This document shows, one piece after another, positions 37,276 through 50,243 of a stretch of 64,000 nt of DNA. The position numbers and the translations under genes were made by a program. Position 1 is the first letter of the stretch, and each line of letters starts with the position of its first letter. Origin of the DNA: Neoechinorhynchus agilis (taxonomy: Eukaryota > Animalia > Acanthocephala); NCBI GenBank assembly GCA_051530055.1, contig CM121341.1, positions 14,486,784-14,550,783 on the forward strand, read 5' to 3'. Under the pieces are notes generated by a model. It was given only the letters and a program-made list of their open reading frames with translations, had not been told where the DNA came from and did not search any database.

Positions 37276-40200
37276 ATGCAACAGCAGCCAAACGTTCGTA
37301 TATGCCGCTTGAAGCGTTGGAACAACTATCCTGGGTTCGGAGTTCATCTGCTTCGAACGGCGGATGATCATGGAATCCAAATTGGAGACGTTGAACCGAG
37401 TTCGCCGGCAGCGTCATGTGGACTTATTTCGGGTGATAAAATAATTGAAATCAACAGACGAAATGTTGAGAATGAACAGTTCATAAACATTTTACAACTG
37501 TTGCAAGGCGAACTAGCCAAGGATACAATCGAATTCATGGTTGTAGACCGAGATAATGCCAATTCTCGAATTGACAGGACTTTTCCGAACATCCAACAAA
37601 AGGAGACTCCTTCTTCAAGTGATCAGGGTTTCATGGGAACACAACCCGACGATGCCGTTGTTATGGCCTCTTTAGTTGGTCGTGGGGAAGGTAAGAGCAA
37701 AACTCGAGGGCAGGTTGCACGAAGGTGTTCATTTACATGAGCAGTGGTTTCCACGCCGTTTTATTTAGGAGAAACCTGGGATAAGGTTATGAAGAATGTG
37801 ATGGATCATCTACCTACAATTAAGCCACAAAATGCGGATGAACGTGTTGTCACTCCTTCTCAGCTCGATGAAGAATTTAAGAATGCTCTGGAGACTAAGA
37901 TGGCTGGAGGATCCGACGCAGATGAATGGTATAGAGGAGATGAAGAACTTGAAAGAGTGATGGATTCCGCTCAAAATCGTAAGTAATTGAAAATATTTTA
38001 GGCTACCTCTGCTCATGACTGTTCACAATATATTGAAGTCATGTGTTTTCATGAGCGCTTAATTGAAAATTTATAGGTACATATCGAGCCCGGACTGTAA
38101 CACTGGAAAAAAGAGGCGACTTTAATGGATTCGGTTTGACGATTTCATCGGACTCTGATGTCGGTCATGTCATAACCGAGGTTGCACCCAATTCACCGGC
38201 TGCAAGGGCTGAAGTTAAACGGGGTGATTGCGTTCTTCAGATTGGTATGAGTAATTCTGCTTAAATCAAATCGCATTAAAAATTTGATAGGAGAAGACGT
38301 TGTTTTACAATTACCCTACAAGGAACTAGCTCAAAGGCTTCAGAGGTCTCCGGCAAGGATAAATATTTCAATTGCACCTAAAGACGTCATATTAAAATGT
38401 GCAATTGAACACGTCCCGATTTTAACTCAGTACGACAGAGGTGCTCCCAAAGGCGTACGAGATTCGCAGTACTACTCTTCTGCTGAGAATTTTCAACCGA
38501 GACCTGTATTTCGGCCACAACAACCAGAAGTCAGGCCAATCAGTGATGCGACAGTATTCCCACAGAGACCTGCATCTCGGCCACCACCACTACAACAACC
38601 AGAAATCGGCGATGCGACAGTATTCCCAGCAAGACCTGCATATCGGCCACCACCGCAACAACCAGAAATCAGGCCAACCAGTGATTCGACAGTATTCCAA
38701 CCAAGACCGAATATTGACAATGCACCCCGATATTCCACGAGGGACAGTATACCCATAAATAAACAACCAGAAATCAGGCCAACCAGTGATGCGACAGTAT
38801 TCCAACCAAGACCGAATATTGACACCGCACCCCGATATTCCACGAGGGACAGTGTGCCCACAAATAAACCAGCAATGCCCCCAAGCTCCGCCTATGTTCC
38901 AACAGCCATGATTCAGCAACCAAAAACTCAACCTACAGCGCCCTACCCACCCGGATTCGTACCTATGCCAGAAAATAGGACGTCCATAAGTGCACCTGGA
39001 GGAATGGCACCACCGGTGAGTAGACCAGTGTCGGTCAGTACCTCTGGCTACGAAAAGCCGGCGCAAGACATAGTACAGCATCAAGTTGGAGATGTTCAAA
39101 AACGACCGTCCTTAATTGAGCAACCAATAACCCGGCCTGTGCGGGAATCCGGTAAGATATTATCTCAAATGTGTGTGTATCGATATAAGAACAGCATTTT
39201 CGTATTCATCCAAGTACACGTCGAATCCAATATAGTGTACTATTTGTTTCACTGCTTTCTTTGTTAGACTAGGCTGAGAGAAGGATGAAGAAATTATACA
39301 CAGGGGGTGCATCGAGCCCATTACTAGCAAATTTCTCAAATTTTCGCACTATGGTGATGTGTTGTTCTTATTAATCGATTATACACAAAAAGCGAACTCT
39401 GCATTAACTATAATGTGCCAAAAATAAATAGAAATTCAAAGACAAAACAGGCAGACTGATTCTTGGTACGAACCACTATCACGGCCTGTTTCTCAAATGG
39501 AAACGGATGTGAGACAGTCCATCCCGCCTCAGCGGCAACCCTCAATTGGAGTGACTGCTGAATTAGGTAAGTGTCTTTGTGTGGATATTTTGGGCTGAAG
39601 GAGGCTGATTAAGTCAGTGAAATTCAATAAGATCCCATCTTTACTAAGAACTAGACGATCGCGACACAAAACTCATTATCATAGACAGCAAAAGCTATGA
39701 TGGTACAAATGGGTTCAGGGTTTCCCCCACCAGTTTCGGCAACCACATTGTTGGACCGGTTAGTAGTCGGGGTTTCCCATGTTGCGGATTACCGTAATTT
39801 AATTCGTAGGTCGATTCTGAATCGCCAGCTTATGAAGCAGGTCTCAGGACGGGCGATCAGATTCTCGAGGTTAACGGAATTGACTGTTCTACTTGCGATC
39901 ATAATGAGCTAAAAATCAAAATAGAAAGGGCATTTCGAAATGGTTCTTTGCAGCTAATCGTCGTTAAACCCATTGATAGGAAAAACCATGCTCAAGGTAT
40001 TAAGTGAAAATTCGGATCATTCTAACCTTAAATTGCTCGGTGTTCCGTTTCAAAATCCTTCAATTGAACTGCTCGTTTAGCAACATCTCAGCTAGGCGCT
40101 GGTTCTACAAGAAAAGTGTTCGTACGAAAAGGCGACAAACCAACACTTGGATTCGAATTGAAGACTTTGTTTGTTGAAGAGAAGCAGGAGAGAATTCATG

Positions 40201-42138
40201 CGTTTGGGAATGTCCAGAAAAACTTGCCTGCTTACGATGCCGGGGTTCGTGATGGTGATGTTTTAGAAGCAGTTAATGGAATATCGGTTGATGGATTAGA
40301 GCATCAGGAAGTAGGTTTATCTGTTTTTTCTTTGTAGTGTTAGTTCTTGTCGTCGCTTACAGGTATTACGAATCCTCCGTGAAAACGTTAAAAATCTTAA
40401 CCTGGAGTTAAGGCGTGATCCTTACGTAGAGAACATTTTTCGGCAACAAGCAGAACAATCCCGACAAGCTCAGGTAGAAGAGGAACATAAGGCAAAGCGC
40501 TCATCAGTACTGCCTGATAAGGATGTTCTTCAAACACGAATTAATGTGTCACCCACTTCGGAATCCCTAGGTCTCCGTGTAACTCCTGAACTAGTAATCC
40601 ACCATGTAACCCCTGGATCTCCGGCAGATAATGCTGGACTCAGGGTCAATGATCTAATAGTACAGCTGGATAACCAACCGGTGTATCCTGCAAATTATAC
40701 TGATGCATTCGCGATGCTAAAAAACGGATTCATGAAGAAGGGAATAGATGTAGCTGTTCGGAGACCTTCAGGGCAAAGTAGACTATCGGCAGAACCTGAG
40801 CTACCAATTCCAATCATACGAGAACCAACATTCGCACACAGTGAACCAAGCAACATGAAGAGCATAGCTAGTGAAGATTCTTACCATGAACCGAATTTAA
40901 ATGAATCCGGAGAGATATTGCCAGGTACACGACGGTTTTCTTAAAGTTATCGCCTTACCAAAGAAATTCAGGGTCGCGAAGATGTACCATTGCCAATTTG
41001 GTAAAGTCGAAACCAATTGGCTTGACCTTGAAAGAGAATCACAACAAACCTCATGAGATATCAAAGATCGTTCAAGGATCACCTGCTGAAGCGGCAGGTC
41101 TACAGGTTCACGATTTAGTGCTTCAAGTAAACGGTGAAAATGTAGCATCGGCGACATTTTCCGACGTGAGATCAAAGATCGCCAGTAGCATTCCTACCGG
41201 ACAGGTAGAACTTGAAGTTATTTCTGAAGAGCTATATCCAGAACAAGGTGAAGATTGAAACATTCTTTTATAATCCATTTTGTTACTATTCTTTTTACAA
41301 AAAAACAATTTTCACTTATTATTGCGAGGAAATAAAGAAATGGGTGGTGCTTAGTACATTCGCTGCTTTTCTAACATTTCTAATTAGCTCTTAACTTTTA
41401 AAAAATATCATTGATCGATTCCGATTTTACGTGTGTTTTATTTAGACGAGATGGAAAGACCGGATACTTCAGGAATCGTAGAAGATTATCATTCCGAAAA
41501 GAGTGAGACTGGTGAGGCGTTATCAAATAAAATGCTTTTTAACCTAAAATATTTAGAATCACACCAAGATCCGCCAACATCTCGGCGGACTTCCATTAGT
41601 GAGGTTACTGAATCAGAAAGGAATGAGAAGGCAGGACAAAAATCTAACAAATTCGCTCAACTAACAAGAAAGTTAAGTATGGCAGCAAAAGGCAAAGGAT
41701 ACAAGAGATGTATAATGCCAAGTGTATCGTCATCGTCGTCTCTTGGATTCACGCTATTCGGTTCGAGTTCCTTGGAAGGGATATTCTATACTCTAAACAT
41801 CAAACCGGACCAACAAGCAGCAATGTCGGGTGTGGAGGAAGGTGATTTGTTAGTGGATGTCAACGGGCATCCGGTCAAATCATTGAAATTTTCCGAAGTA
41901 ATTGACCTATTAAAAAAGGAAACAAAAGACGATTCACTTACTTTGGGACTTATCAACAACAAAGATCTATCCGATGACAATAAACTGTCTGCGGAAATCG
42001 CATCAGGATCAATGAAGAAGAAACACGTCAAAAGAACCAGTTTCAAAACACTTGGTAAGTTCAGCAATAGTTCGCGTGAAAAAATGAATATTTACTCTTA
42101 ATTTAGCCAGTCGATTTGACTTGAGCAAAGACGTATAG
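37276..42138 (+). CDS. Multi-PDZ scaffold, NHERF/PDZK1-like, about 7 PDZ domains
   Basis: PDZ1 RICRLKRWNNYPGFGVHL...VEPSSPAASCGL is NHERF-like. Further PDZ cores near 38.1-38.4, 39.7-39.96, 40.1-40.4, 40.53-40.77, 40.99-41.23 and 41.7-41.96 kb (SPAxxAGL, GDxIxxVNG). Last intron 42055-42106, stop 42136-42138. Confidence 0.85.
38500..38870 (+). repeat. Coding tandem repeats in the PDZ gene (QQPEIRPTSDATVFQPRP, about 5 imperfect units; NIDxAPRYSTRDS twice)
   Basis: Seen in ORF 38284..39267 and at DNA level (caaccagaaatcaggccaaccagtgat). Confidence 0.85.
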
Positions 42139-43092
42139 AAAACTCAAATCCGTAGATTAAAACGTAGCAATGGTCTTGTATGTGTGTGGGCGGAGTCGTG
42201 ACAATATAGTTGTCAAAAATCTAAGTCGAACACCTTATCTACCGTGCGAATGTTAAAAGTCTGCCGCTAACCATCAACCAATATTTGCCCTTTTAATTTG
42301 AAAAAATTAATCTCCTTTCTTGGAAGCCAAACAACTTTTCAATACGAGTCTCAATTAACTACCGAGAAAAATTGAAATTTTACCTTAAAGAAGAATGCGG
42401 TCTATTTAAACTATAACCAAAGAATAATTCTGAAAATAATACCTCGTGGTTATACTGGTGGATGTTGCACAGTTTCCACGAAAATACTTTTTATAATCAA
42501 TTTTTTGTATTTACGAATCCTCACAATATACATCGTCGGAATATATTTTTATAAAGTTTGATGCATTTAAAAAGTAAATCTTAAAGCAACAATCACCTTT
42601 TCTGTTTCCTAAAATAATCTGGGTTCCGGATATGCATTTTTTTCTAAAAAGTGCAAAAATCGCTTAACTTGAAAATTCAACAAAAGCAAACTTGATTGAG
42701 CAAATTAACGGTAAAATTACATCTGAAGTAACTTTGTTCTTCTAACAATGATTTCTTTTACGTCGAAAACTATAAACGATGAATCAAGATCTGAAGCATC
42801 ATTCTTAATGATTTCAACGACCATTTAATTCTACAAATGCACTTCATGTAAAGATTGCAATTTATACAAAAAAATCTGAACATTTCGTTCAATATGAAAA
42901 AATTAATTTGAATTATTCATCAAAATACAAGTTGCTGCATAATTTACGATTGCGAATGCAGCGAATTCAAAGTCTCTAAATAATTAAATGAACTACAAGA
43001 CGTGCTTGTTCAATAGGTATTTGAAATTGAACCACATGACAGCATCGAATTCACGTACCCATGAAGACGGCTTTCTATTTTCTCAAGAAATA

Positions 43093-44004
43093 TCATACTC
43101 CGCTATTCCAGGCTTGATTAGCAAACGACTTTGGACATCGATTCGCGTAATGACCTTTTGTTGAGCACTTGAAGCAAGTAATTTCATGAAGGGGAGTTGA
43201 ATAGGGTACAGGCTGTCCCATTTGCGCTGGTTGTCCATACCGTCGAATACTTGCGTACTTCATACGTTCCTCAGGACTCAATTTGAAGCAATTGCTGGCC
43301 TTGTGACCAGTTTCTTTGCAATAATCGCAAACGAATGCAATCTTTCGAATTCCAGTGCTAGATCCCGATTGAATGTCTGCATTTTGAACTGTTGGCAACT
43401 CGAACCTCGCATGCATGTCTTCACATTCTTTTCCTTTTGGACAGAATCCAGCCAGATAATTTATACAAAGTTTGCGGCGTACATGTCTATTTTTACAATT
43501 CGGCCCATGGCGACAGAAACCTCGGTCATACCAAGGGCAATCCTTCATTTTCGTCTGTGGATCCAAGTGAAGAAACAAACATTCCTTATTCATGCATTGT
43601 CCGAATTTGGAATAAAAGTAACACTCGGGCATTTTGCTCATGTCGTATTCGTGCAAAAACTCACAGTCGTCTCCCTTCTTACAAAGTCCTCGGAGCCAAT
43701 GTTTGCATACGACCGTGCGGTCGCCTTTAACATGCCGAAATGGGCACATATCCCCCCGTGGACAACCTGTAACATCTATTCCATGCCTACGAAATCGATC
43801 AGCGATAGGCGCAAGGTTGCCAACAAGTTGACCAGTACTAAGGAGATAATACTCACAAATGGCGGCACCAGCTTTGTCCATGTTGGGAAAGTCGAGGGGT
43901 TTTGCACCCAATTGCCTATCTACGGCTTCTTCAATGTCGAAATATTGGTCGGAAGGAATGGGCGCAATTATCTCTGACATTAGCTGGGAATCAGTTGATG
44001 GCAT
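43093..44004 (-). CDS. CPSF4: Cleavage and polyadenylation specificity factor 30 kDa (Clipper-like: 5 CCCH fingers, 2 zinc knuckles)
   Basis: [51 protein letters not shown], knuckles [14 protein letters not shown] and [14 protein letters not shown]. An inferred 66-nt in-frame intron at 43767-43832 restores ZF1 spacing. Confidence 0.96.
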   Translation of the reverse strand: MPSTDSQLMSEIIAPIPSDQYFDIEEAVDRQLGAKPLDFPNMDKAGAAICEYYLLSTGQLVGNLAPIADRFRRHGIDVTGCPRGDMCPFRHVKGDRTVVCKHWLRGLCKKGDDCEFLHEYDMSKMPECYFYSKFGQCMNKECLFLHLDPQTKMKDCPWYDRGFCRHGPNCKNRHVRRKLCINYLAGFCPKGKECEDMHARFELPTVQNADIQSGSSTGIRKIAFVCDYCKETGHKASNCFKLSPEERMKYASIRRYGQPAQMGQPVPYSTPLHEITCFKCSTKGHYANRCPKSFANQAWNSGV

Positions 44005-44265
44005 TTCTATTAGGTTTTATCTGAAAATTTAGATCAAAAGTAACATAAAATGAGGGTAAAACTTGTCGAAACAATCGAAATTGTCCAAGAGACTGAGACA
44101 AATCACTGACGAGCTGAGGGCAAGAGAATTAATCCTGCAAAATATAGCAAACGGCCAGGGAACGCTGCATCCGCCCTTTCGACCAGGACCGAAGCTGGGT
44201 GATCCAGAGCGGTGGTGTGGATGCTTTTTGAATTTTTCTAGCTATTGTAAAGATGTTGATCATTT

Positions 44266-44444
44266 ACTTTTTTATAGCGAATTATAATAGTTGATTTATT
44301 TGATAATTTTCGACCTTCGCGTAGGCCTTCTTCGGTCTATTGTTTCGCATGTTTTTAATTATGTGAGCAATAGACCGGAGAAGGCCTACGCGAAGGTCGA
44401 AAATTATCAAATAAATCAATTATTATAATTCGCTATAAAAAAGT
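44266..44444. repeat. Near-perfect inverted repeat, arms about 77 bp (fold-back hairpin)
   Basis: ttttttatagcgaattataat...ttcggtctattg (44268-44342) is complementary to caatagaccgga...attcgctataaaaaa (44368-44442), with few mismatches. Confidence 0.95.
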
Positions 44445-44534
44445 CTTCTTGCTATAAAAGGTAAATTAAGAAAATAAAAAGTTTTCCCTGACCACATAAA
44501 ATTACGTAATTATTAAAAAAATTACTGACAGGCC

Positions 44535-44788
44535 CAGATTTTTAGAACATCCCTTTCTCAGCTTTTTAGCTTTCCTTCTTGGCATGAAGTCAAACCGATA
44601 TTTTGCATCAGAGAAGTGATTGAATCACTTAAACCAATGGAACCTACGGTAAAAAGTTCTTTAAATCCCCGCTCAGATACCTCCCGAGGAGGCGGGGATT
44701 CAATCACGTCTCTAAAGTAAGAAATCGGTCCGGCTTCATGCCAAGAAGGAAAGCTAAAAAGGCGAGAAAGGGATGACCTAAAAATCTG
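44535..44788. mobile_element. MITE-like element with 55-bp inverted arms and a satellite-related core
   Basis: 44535-44589 pairs with 44734-44788. Palindrome aattacgtaatt lies on both outer sides. Core 44645-44700 shares acggtaaa..agtt and ctcagatacctcccgaggagg with the 268-bp satellite. Confidence 0.65.
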
Positions 44789-44976
44789 AAAATTACGTAA
44801 TTTGGTTTGGCAGATTGCTTCTTCCGTACTTTTAGTGAATAAATACCAAAATTAAAGCAGTTTTAGATTCCTATATATCGTCGGATTTTTCCGGCATTTG
44901 AACGCCCGACAATTAATCATCGAGAGAAAATCATTTGGTGATCATAATCTTGTCAGAATAGAACGTCTTATCCGAC

Positions 44977-45283
44977 CCATACAAAACAACCAAAACCTTT
45001 TTAGACTACTCAGGAGGCTTCCGCTTTCTAGATATCACTCAATAAAATATGTTTTTTATTCGGGGGGGGGGCAGGATCATGATCACCAAAATTTCATTTA
45101 TTTATTTTTGGTCATAAACGAAAACATTTAAAATTGAGTGATATTTCGAAAGATAAAGCCTGACTTTCTGAGTCATCTCAAAAAGTTTTAGTTGTTTTGT
45201 ATAGCTAAATTACGCGAATCCTGAGGAATGGCTATCCTGCATTCTCGAGCCATACAAAACAACTAAAACCTTTTGAGATGACT
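44977..45283. repeat. Nested inverted/direct repeats (MITE-like remnant)
   Basis: ccatacaaaacaaccaaaacctttt at 44977, its inverse at about 45180-45203 and a direct copy at about 45250; gatatcactcaat/attgagtgatat pair at 45031 and 45133. Confidence 0.7.
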
Positions 45284-45414
45284 TGACAATTAATCCTTTG
45301 CAAAGCATATTTTGGTCATCCTACTGGCATCACGACCTTTTTCTAATACTAGCTTTGTAAGATTTTCTTCGTCGTAAGAGGTTTTGGGTGCTTACATTTT
45401 TCTGATTAAAGTAA

Positions 45415-47294
45415 ATGCTTCAGAAAATGAAAGTTCAATCGGGTCAATCAGAACTGAGGCAAAAAGTCTACGATGTTTTGGACAAAATGGAGGAAGATTT
45501 GGATGGTCGTGAAATATGCTCCGTATACAAAAACCTCGTTTGTCTTCTAAAACAGATTCAACCGATTATATATGACATGGAAATGGTTAATGAACTATTG
45601 AAAGTTTCATTTAGGAATTATTTAGAGTATCCTGACGAATCTTGTAAATTGATACACGCTATGTTCGACACCTATTCTACCATAACTCTAATTCGACCAA
45701 TTTACATATTTAATTATATTGTACCGGTGTTGAATACAAGCGACAGAACAGTTTGTTATTTTATATCGAATTTTTCATTGGTTCGTAAATTTTAGTTATT
45801 TTTTCCAATAATGGTGAGATTGCCTGAACTATCAAAGAATGACCACGAAGCTTATGATTTAATTTGGATGAAGATATTTATGTTTTGTACAAACCGATTG
45901 AGGGATGCGATTGAAATCATTAAACTGGAACCAACACGAGAATGGCATTTGAATTTAATCGAATCTTTTGTTTCTCATATGTTTGAAACTATCTCTTTAT
46001 CCGCCGCATCGTTTTTAATCTCTAATGTTTCAAAAATCGCATATCGCAATCTCATTCTTTAAAGGAGAGAAACAAACTTATTCGAACAAAGCAATGGTTC
46101 TGGGCAACAATAACGTTACTCAGCCAACCAACCATTTACTCAGTGCCATTCGAACCAATCAATCAACTTTTAACTGAAATCATAATGAATCTTCGAACGC
46201 CTCCAAAAGTCACATTGGACAAATTTGTTCACAAATACTCACTAGCATTTCTATGTTCATTCACGTCGACGTGCAGATCACTACTGGTTCGTCACAGCGA
46301 ATCAATTCATTCTATGATTCATGATTCAATATTAGCGATGGATCATACTGGTGAACCGGCCAAGAATGTCTTAATTCGATTCTTAATTGAATACATACAA
46401 AACATGAGAATGTTGAGCTCTTTAGACGATACTCGATTCGGTTCAAATACACTTTTGTCCTTAATTATTTCATTTTCAATTAAACTTTTGAAGGACGAAG
46501 AAACTAGAGATGAGTTAGTCTGCCGTCTTCTAACTGAAATAATTGATGTCTATGGTCAACGAATCGAGGCGAATTTATCAGGGTGATTATCGACATAGAA
46601 TGTGGGGAGGGGTCCGTTTTCTCGATATTGCTCATTATACCGAGAGCTTCTTGAGACCGTTTACGCAAAACAGTTGCTTAATAATGTTTCAGGAAAATCG
46701 TGGAGTCTTTTGGTCAGTACCGTTCACTTTGTACCACGCCCCATGAATTCGCCGTTCGCATTGGATTTTCGTCCAGAATTGATGTTTTCAGGTACATGGA
46801 GAACGTGTGCAACGCTCAGCGATCGACTAAACTCAAACGGATCGTTGGTTCCACTAAATATAAGAGAGTTTACGGCTCAAAATGAAACTAGGAATGATGA
46901 TTACGCGACCGTCGATATTATAATATTGAGCAGTGATGAGAGTACGGGCGATGTTAAAGAAGTGGTCATGACTGATGGGCCAAACGAAGAGGTACAGAAC
47001 AGCGAATCTTTGTCTTCAATCTCTGTAGACAGCATTCAAAGGAGCCCGGAAGAGAACAGTGCAAACGAAAACACGGAAAGGGAGATAGAAATACCAAATA
47101 TAGAATGTGGGAAGTGTGGGAGTACGGTTATGTCTGAAACGGACATTAGTGTTCTAAAGAAGGACGAACTATCGCTTGAAGAAGGTGAAATAAAGACTGA
47201 CGATGATGAAGAACCCAGTGAAACGAAAAGGAGGAAACTGGAAGCCGAACGTCAGAAGGAAGTAGAAGATATTGTTCAACAGATAATTGAATAA
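45415..47294 (+). CDS. Uncharacterised multi-exon protein: helical (HEAT/ARM-like) N-part, acidic/basic C-terminal tail
   Basis: Consecutive plus-strand ORFs 45415-45795, 45811-46062, 46143-46586 and 46602-47294 with short intron-like gaps. Tail has LEEGEI and KRRK. Family not recognised. Confidence 0.6.
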
Positions 47295-47599
47295 AGCTTC
47301 TAGAGAAGAGCAAAAGGTGTATAAAAAGCAAGCTAAAAAGATTTATTTTTCCATGAATTGATGGATATAGCCATTCGAAAATTAAGATGGACGGTTGAAT
47401 TCCATTTTTAGTTGCTAAAAAGCAGTCGTGTGTGAGATACTCGTGAATTGCTAAGAACATGAAAGCTTTGATTAGGTTCTCGATATCCATGAAGACGAGT
47501 TTGCAATTAAGTATTCTTTAGGGACTTTCAAAGGCAAAAATATTCAGAAACGATTTTAGAAAAATCTCGACTGATTTCAATTCTGAAAACGGATGCAGG

Positions 47600-50040
47600 C
47601 GTCCATATTTTTATCCAAATTTGGATTGCTTATGGACAAGCAGCCCTATACCATCAAGAAGGCTCAGGACGATCTCAGCATCGGATAGGTTTTGCCGAAA
47701 TTCCAAATTACGTCACAATGTGTTCAAATCGCCTACAATCGACGCTGCTGACGCAGATAATTTGAACGCGCCACTCATCGATCATGATCAACCTGAGAAG
47801 ACCAACGCTGCCGGGCTCTCACGCGTCTCTACTGGTTTGTGTCCGGTTTGCGGTAAGTCTTTTAAATTAACCAATCTGGGGGTTTTGTTTGTCCATGGTC
47901 CCCAGGATCTCCGCTGTAGTGGGTCTGGTTCTCCACCACAATTAACCGAACCTTTCGTGCCTGAGACCCCTCAGATCACCACTGATTCTATTTCTATACC
48001 TGATATCGTGCGGTTTCTGCCCAAAAACGTCCTGAAACGGATCCTTAAAGGCGCGCGATATCTGGTCGCCAAAGCATTTACGGGATTGGTCAACGGTTGC
48101 CTTCAAACGAACTGTGCGCCATCATGGGCACGGCTCTTCGCTTTCCCGCGCTTAGTCCTCTGCACCAGCGGTGATTCTGGGGTGTCTTTGACATCAACAA
48201 TCAAGGAAAGGTTAGCCTCCTTTGAACAAATATTTAACGATTTTGAAAGGAATCTCCGCGAGGTTCGTAAGGGACGCACGAAGGAAGAGTTTCTCTGCTG
48301 TTTTTCAAAGCGATCACTGACTGAACGTGTCTCTTCGAAGCTTGCGGACGGAGATGTTTGGGGGCTGTTCGGTTATTGTCACCCTCCGACAGTTTCGCAA
48401 AAGGAGACAGCGAGACGCTACAAATACTCCGGTCGAAGCACCCATGTAGTAGCGGAAGTTTTGAAATTCCATCTCCTCCCATACAAGACAGGACGCCCAC
48501 TCAAATTTCAGAGTTACAAAAGGCCATCTCATCTTTTGCAAATGGTTCGGGTCACGGGCTTGACGGACTAAGGCCTCAGCACCTAAAGGACATGATGTCC
48601 TTTTCAACTGGTAAAGCACCTCTCTCTCTCTAGGAAGTGCGCTTTCTCAAATAGTCGACCGCCTGACTGGAGAGGACCTGAACCCCGTTGCAAAGGACCT
48701 ATTTTTCGGAGCCTCATTGTGTGCGCTCACAAAAAAAGAAGGTGGGATCCGTCCCATCGCCGTATCTTCGACGATGCGCCGACTCACAGGAAAAATTCTC
48801 TGCAAACGTATTACAGAGAAAACCGGGCAGCAACTTCATTCAGTCCAACTGGGCTGCTGCACATCCTGCGGGGCGGAAGCTATTGTCCACTCGCTCCGAA
48901 ACTTTGCTACGAGAAGCTCAGAGCCGTGCGTGATTTTTAAGTGTGATTTTTGGAATGCCTTTAACTCTCTCAATAGAGAAACCATGTTCCGCGCAATTAG
49001 GGATCATGCCCCAGAAGCCTTCCAGTGTTTTCTCAATGCTTACGGGACACCTCATTTGGTCCGAAAGAGGAGTGCAGCAAGGAGATCCCCTCGGTCCGAA
49101 TGCATTCTCTTTAACAGTAAATCCAATAGCGCATTCTCTTCTTTTCCAGCTTCAATTCTTGGTACTTGGATGACGCTACAATCGGAGGTGATCCCTACGT
49201 TGTACTGCGCGATTTGGAGACGCTGATGAGGGAGACTGCGAGATTGGGCGTTGAGCTTAATGCTGGAAAGTGTGAGCTTCTAGTATTAAATATCGAAGAC
49301 GCCACCAAAGTCAAAGAACTAATGGCTGGGTTCGAGGCCGTAGCTCCAGGTCTGAAAATCGTGACTCGGGAGCAACTCAGCCTCCTGGACAGTTGCGTCT
49401 TCGATTCAAATGTAAAAGATGAGATCGGTCATATCATACCGAAACTTTCGTTGCTGTGCGATAGGGTGAGCGCTCTCTCGGCGCATGAAGCCTTGTTTCT
49501 CATAAAGAACGCGCTCTTCATCCCCAAATTATTGTACAAGGTTCGCACAGCAACATTTTTCAAACATAAGGAAGGATTGGCTAAGCTCGACGGCAAGGTG
49601 AGGACTTGTCCCGAGCGTAATTTAAATGTTCAGCTCTCAGATGAGGCGTGGCGCCAAATTTGTTTGCCTGTGTCATCTGGGGGATTGGGGATTCGGGCAC
49701 TAGTGGACCTTGCTTTGCCGGCCTTTCTTGGATCGTTTGAGGGGAGCCTACCAGTATCGAAGAAAATTTTGAAGGAAAGTTCTGTCTTGACCGGGATTTC
49801 GTGGTGGCGGTTGAGGAATGGTGCCAGCAGACAGGCGCTAACCATGTTCCCATGAATGGCCTCAGACAGTCGATCTGGGACAGACCTCTTGTCGCGAGAG
49901 CTCACAGCTCTCTACTTTCAGGTTCTCGCGATGGGGTCGTCCAAGCTAGACTATTGGCAGTTTCAACACGAGAATCTGGGGCGTGGTTGGAGGCTGTTCC
50001 TCTGGCATCAGTGGGAACTCTTCACGGGGCAATGCTGCCA
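47600..50040 (+). mobile_element. Decayed CRE-like non-LTR retrotransposon A (N-terminal Zn-finger plus RT, truncated before the RLE)
   Basis: CPVCGKSFKLTNLGVLFVHGPQDLRCSGS, GIRPIAV, CDFWNAFNS, GVQQGDPLGP, WYLDDATIGG, GGLGIR, SGAWLEAVP. Several frameshifts and stops. Confidence 0.92.
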
Positions 50041-50243
50041 GCGTGATGGCGACGGTAGAGGAAGGACAAAAGCTGGAATTTGGCGGGAGGTGGTGAGTGT
50101 GCTTCAAACAGATTGTTTGAATTGTTAAAAATATATTATGTTTTTTAAAAATAGAGCAGTAGTTTAAAAAAAAGAAAAAAAGATTGATTAAAGCAATGAA
50201 ACAATTTATTGTCTTCGGGAGAAAATAGGCTTAGTCTTATTGT

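Noticed and set aside
38493-39099. Minus-strand ORFs of 122 and 169 aa
   Set aside because: Antisense to the repetitive PDZ-gene exon; openness is explained by the repeat.
43222-43977. 251-aa plus-strand ORF
   Set aside because: Antisense shadow of CPSF4; no motif.
47146-47490. 114-aa minus-strand ORF
   Set aside because: Overlaps the 3' end of the plus-strand gene, no recognisable motif; cannot be supported.
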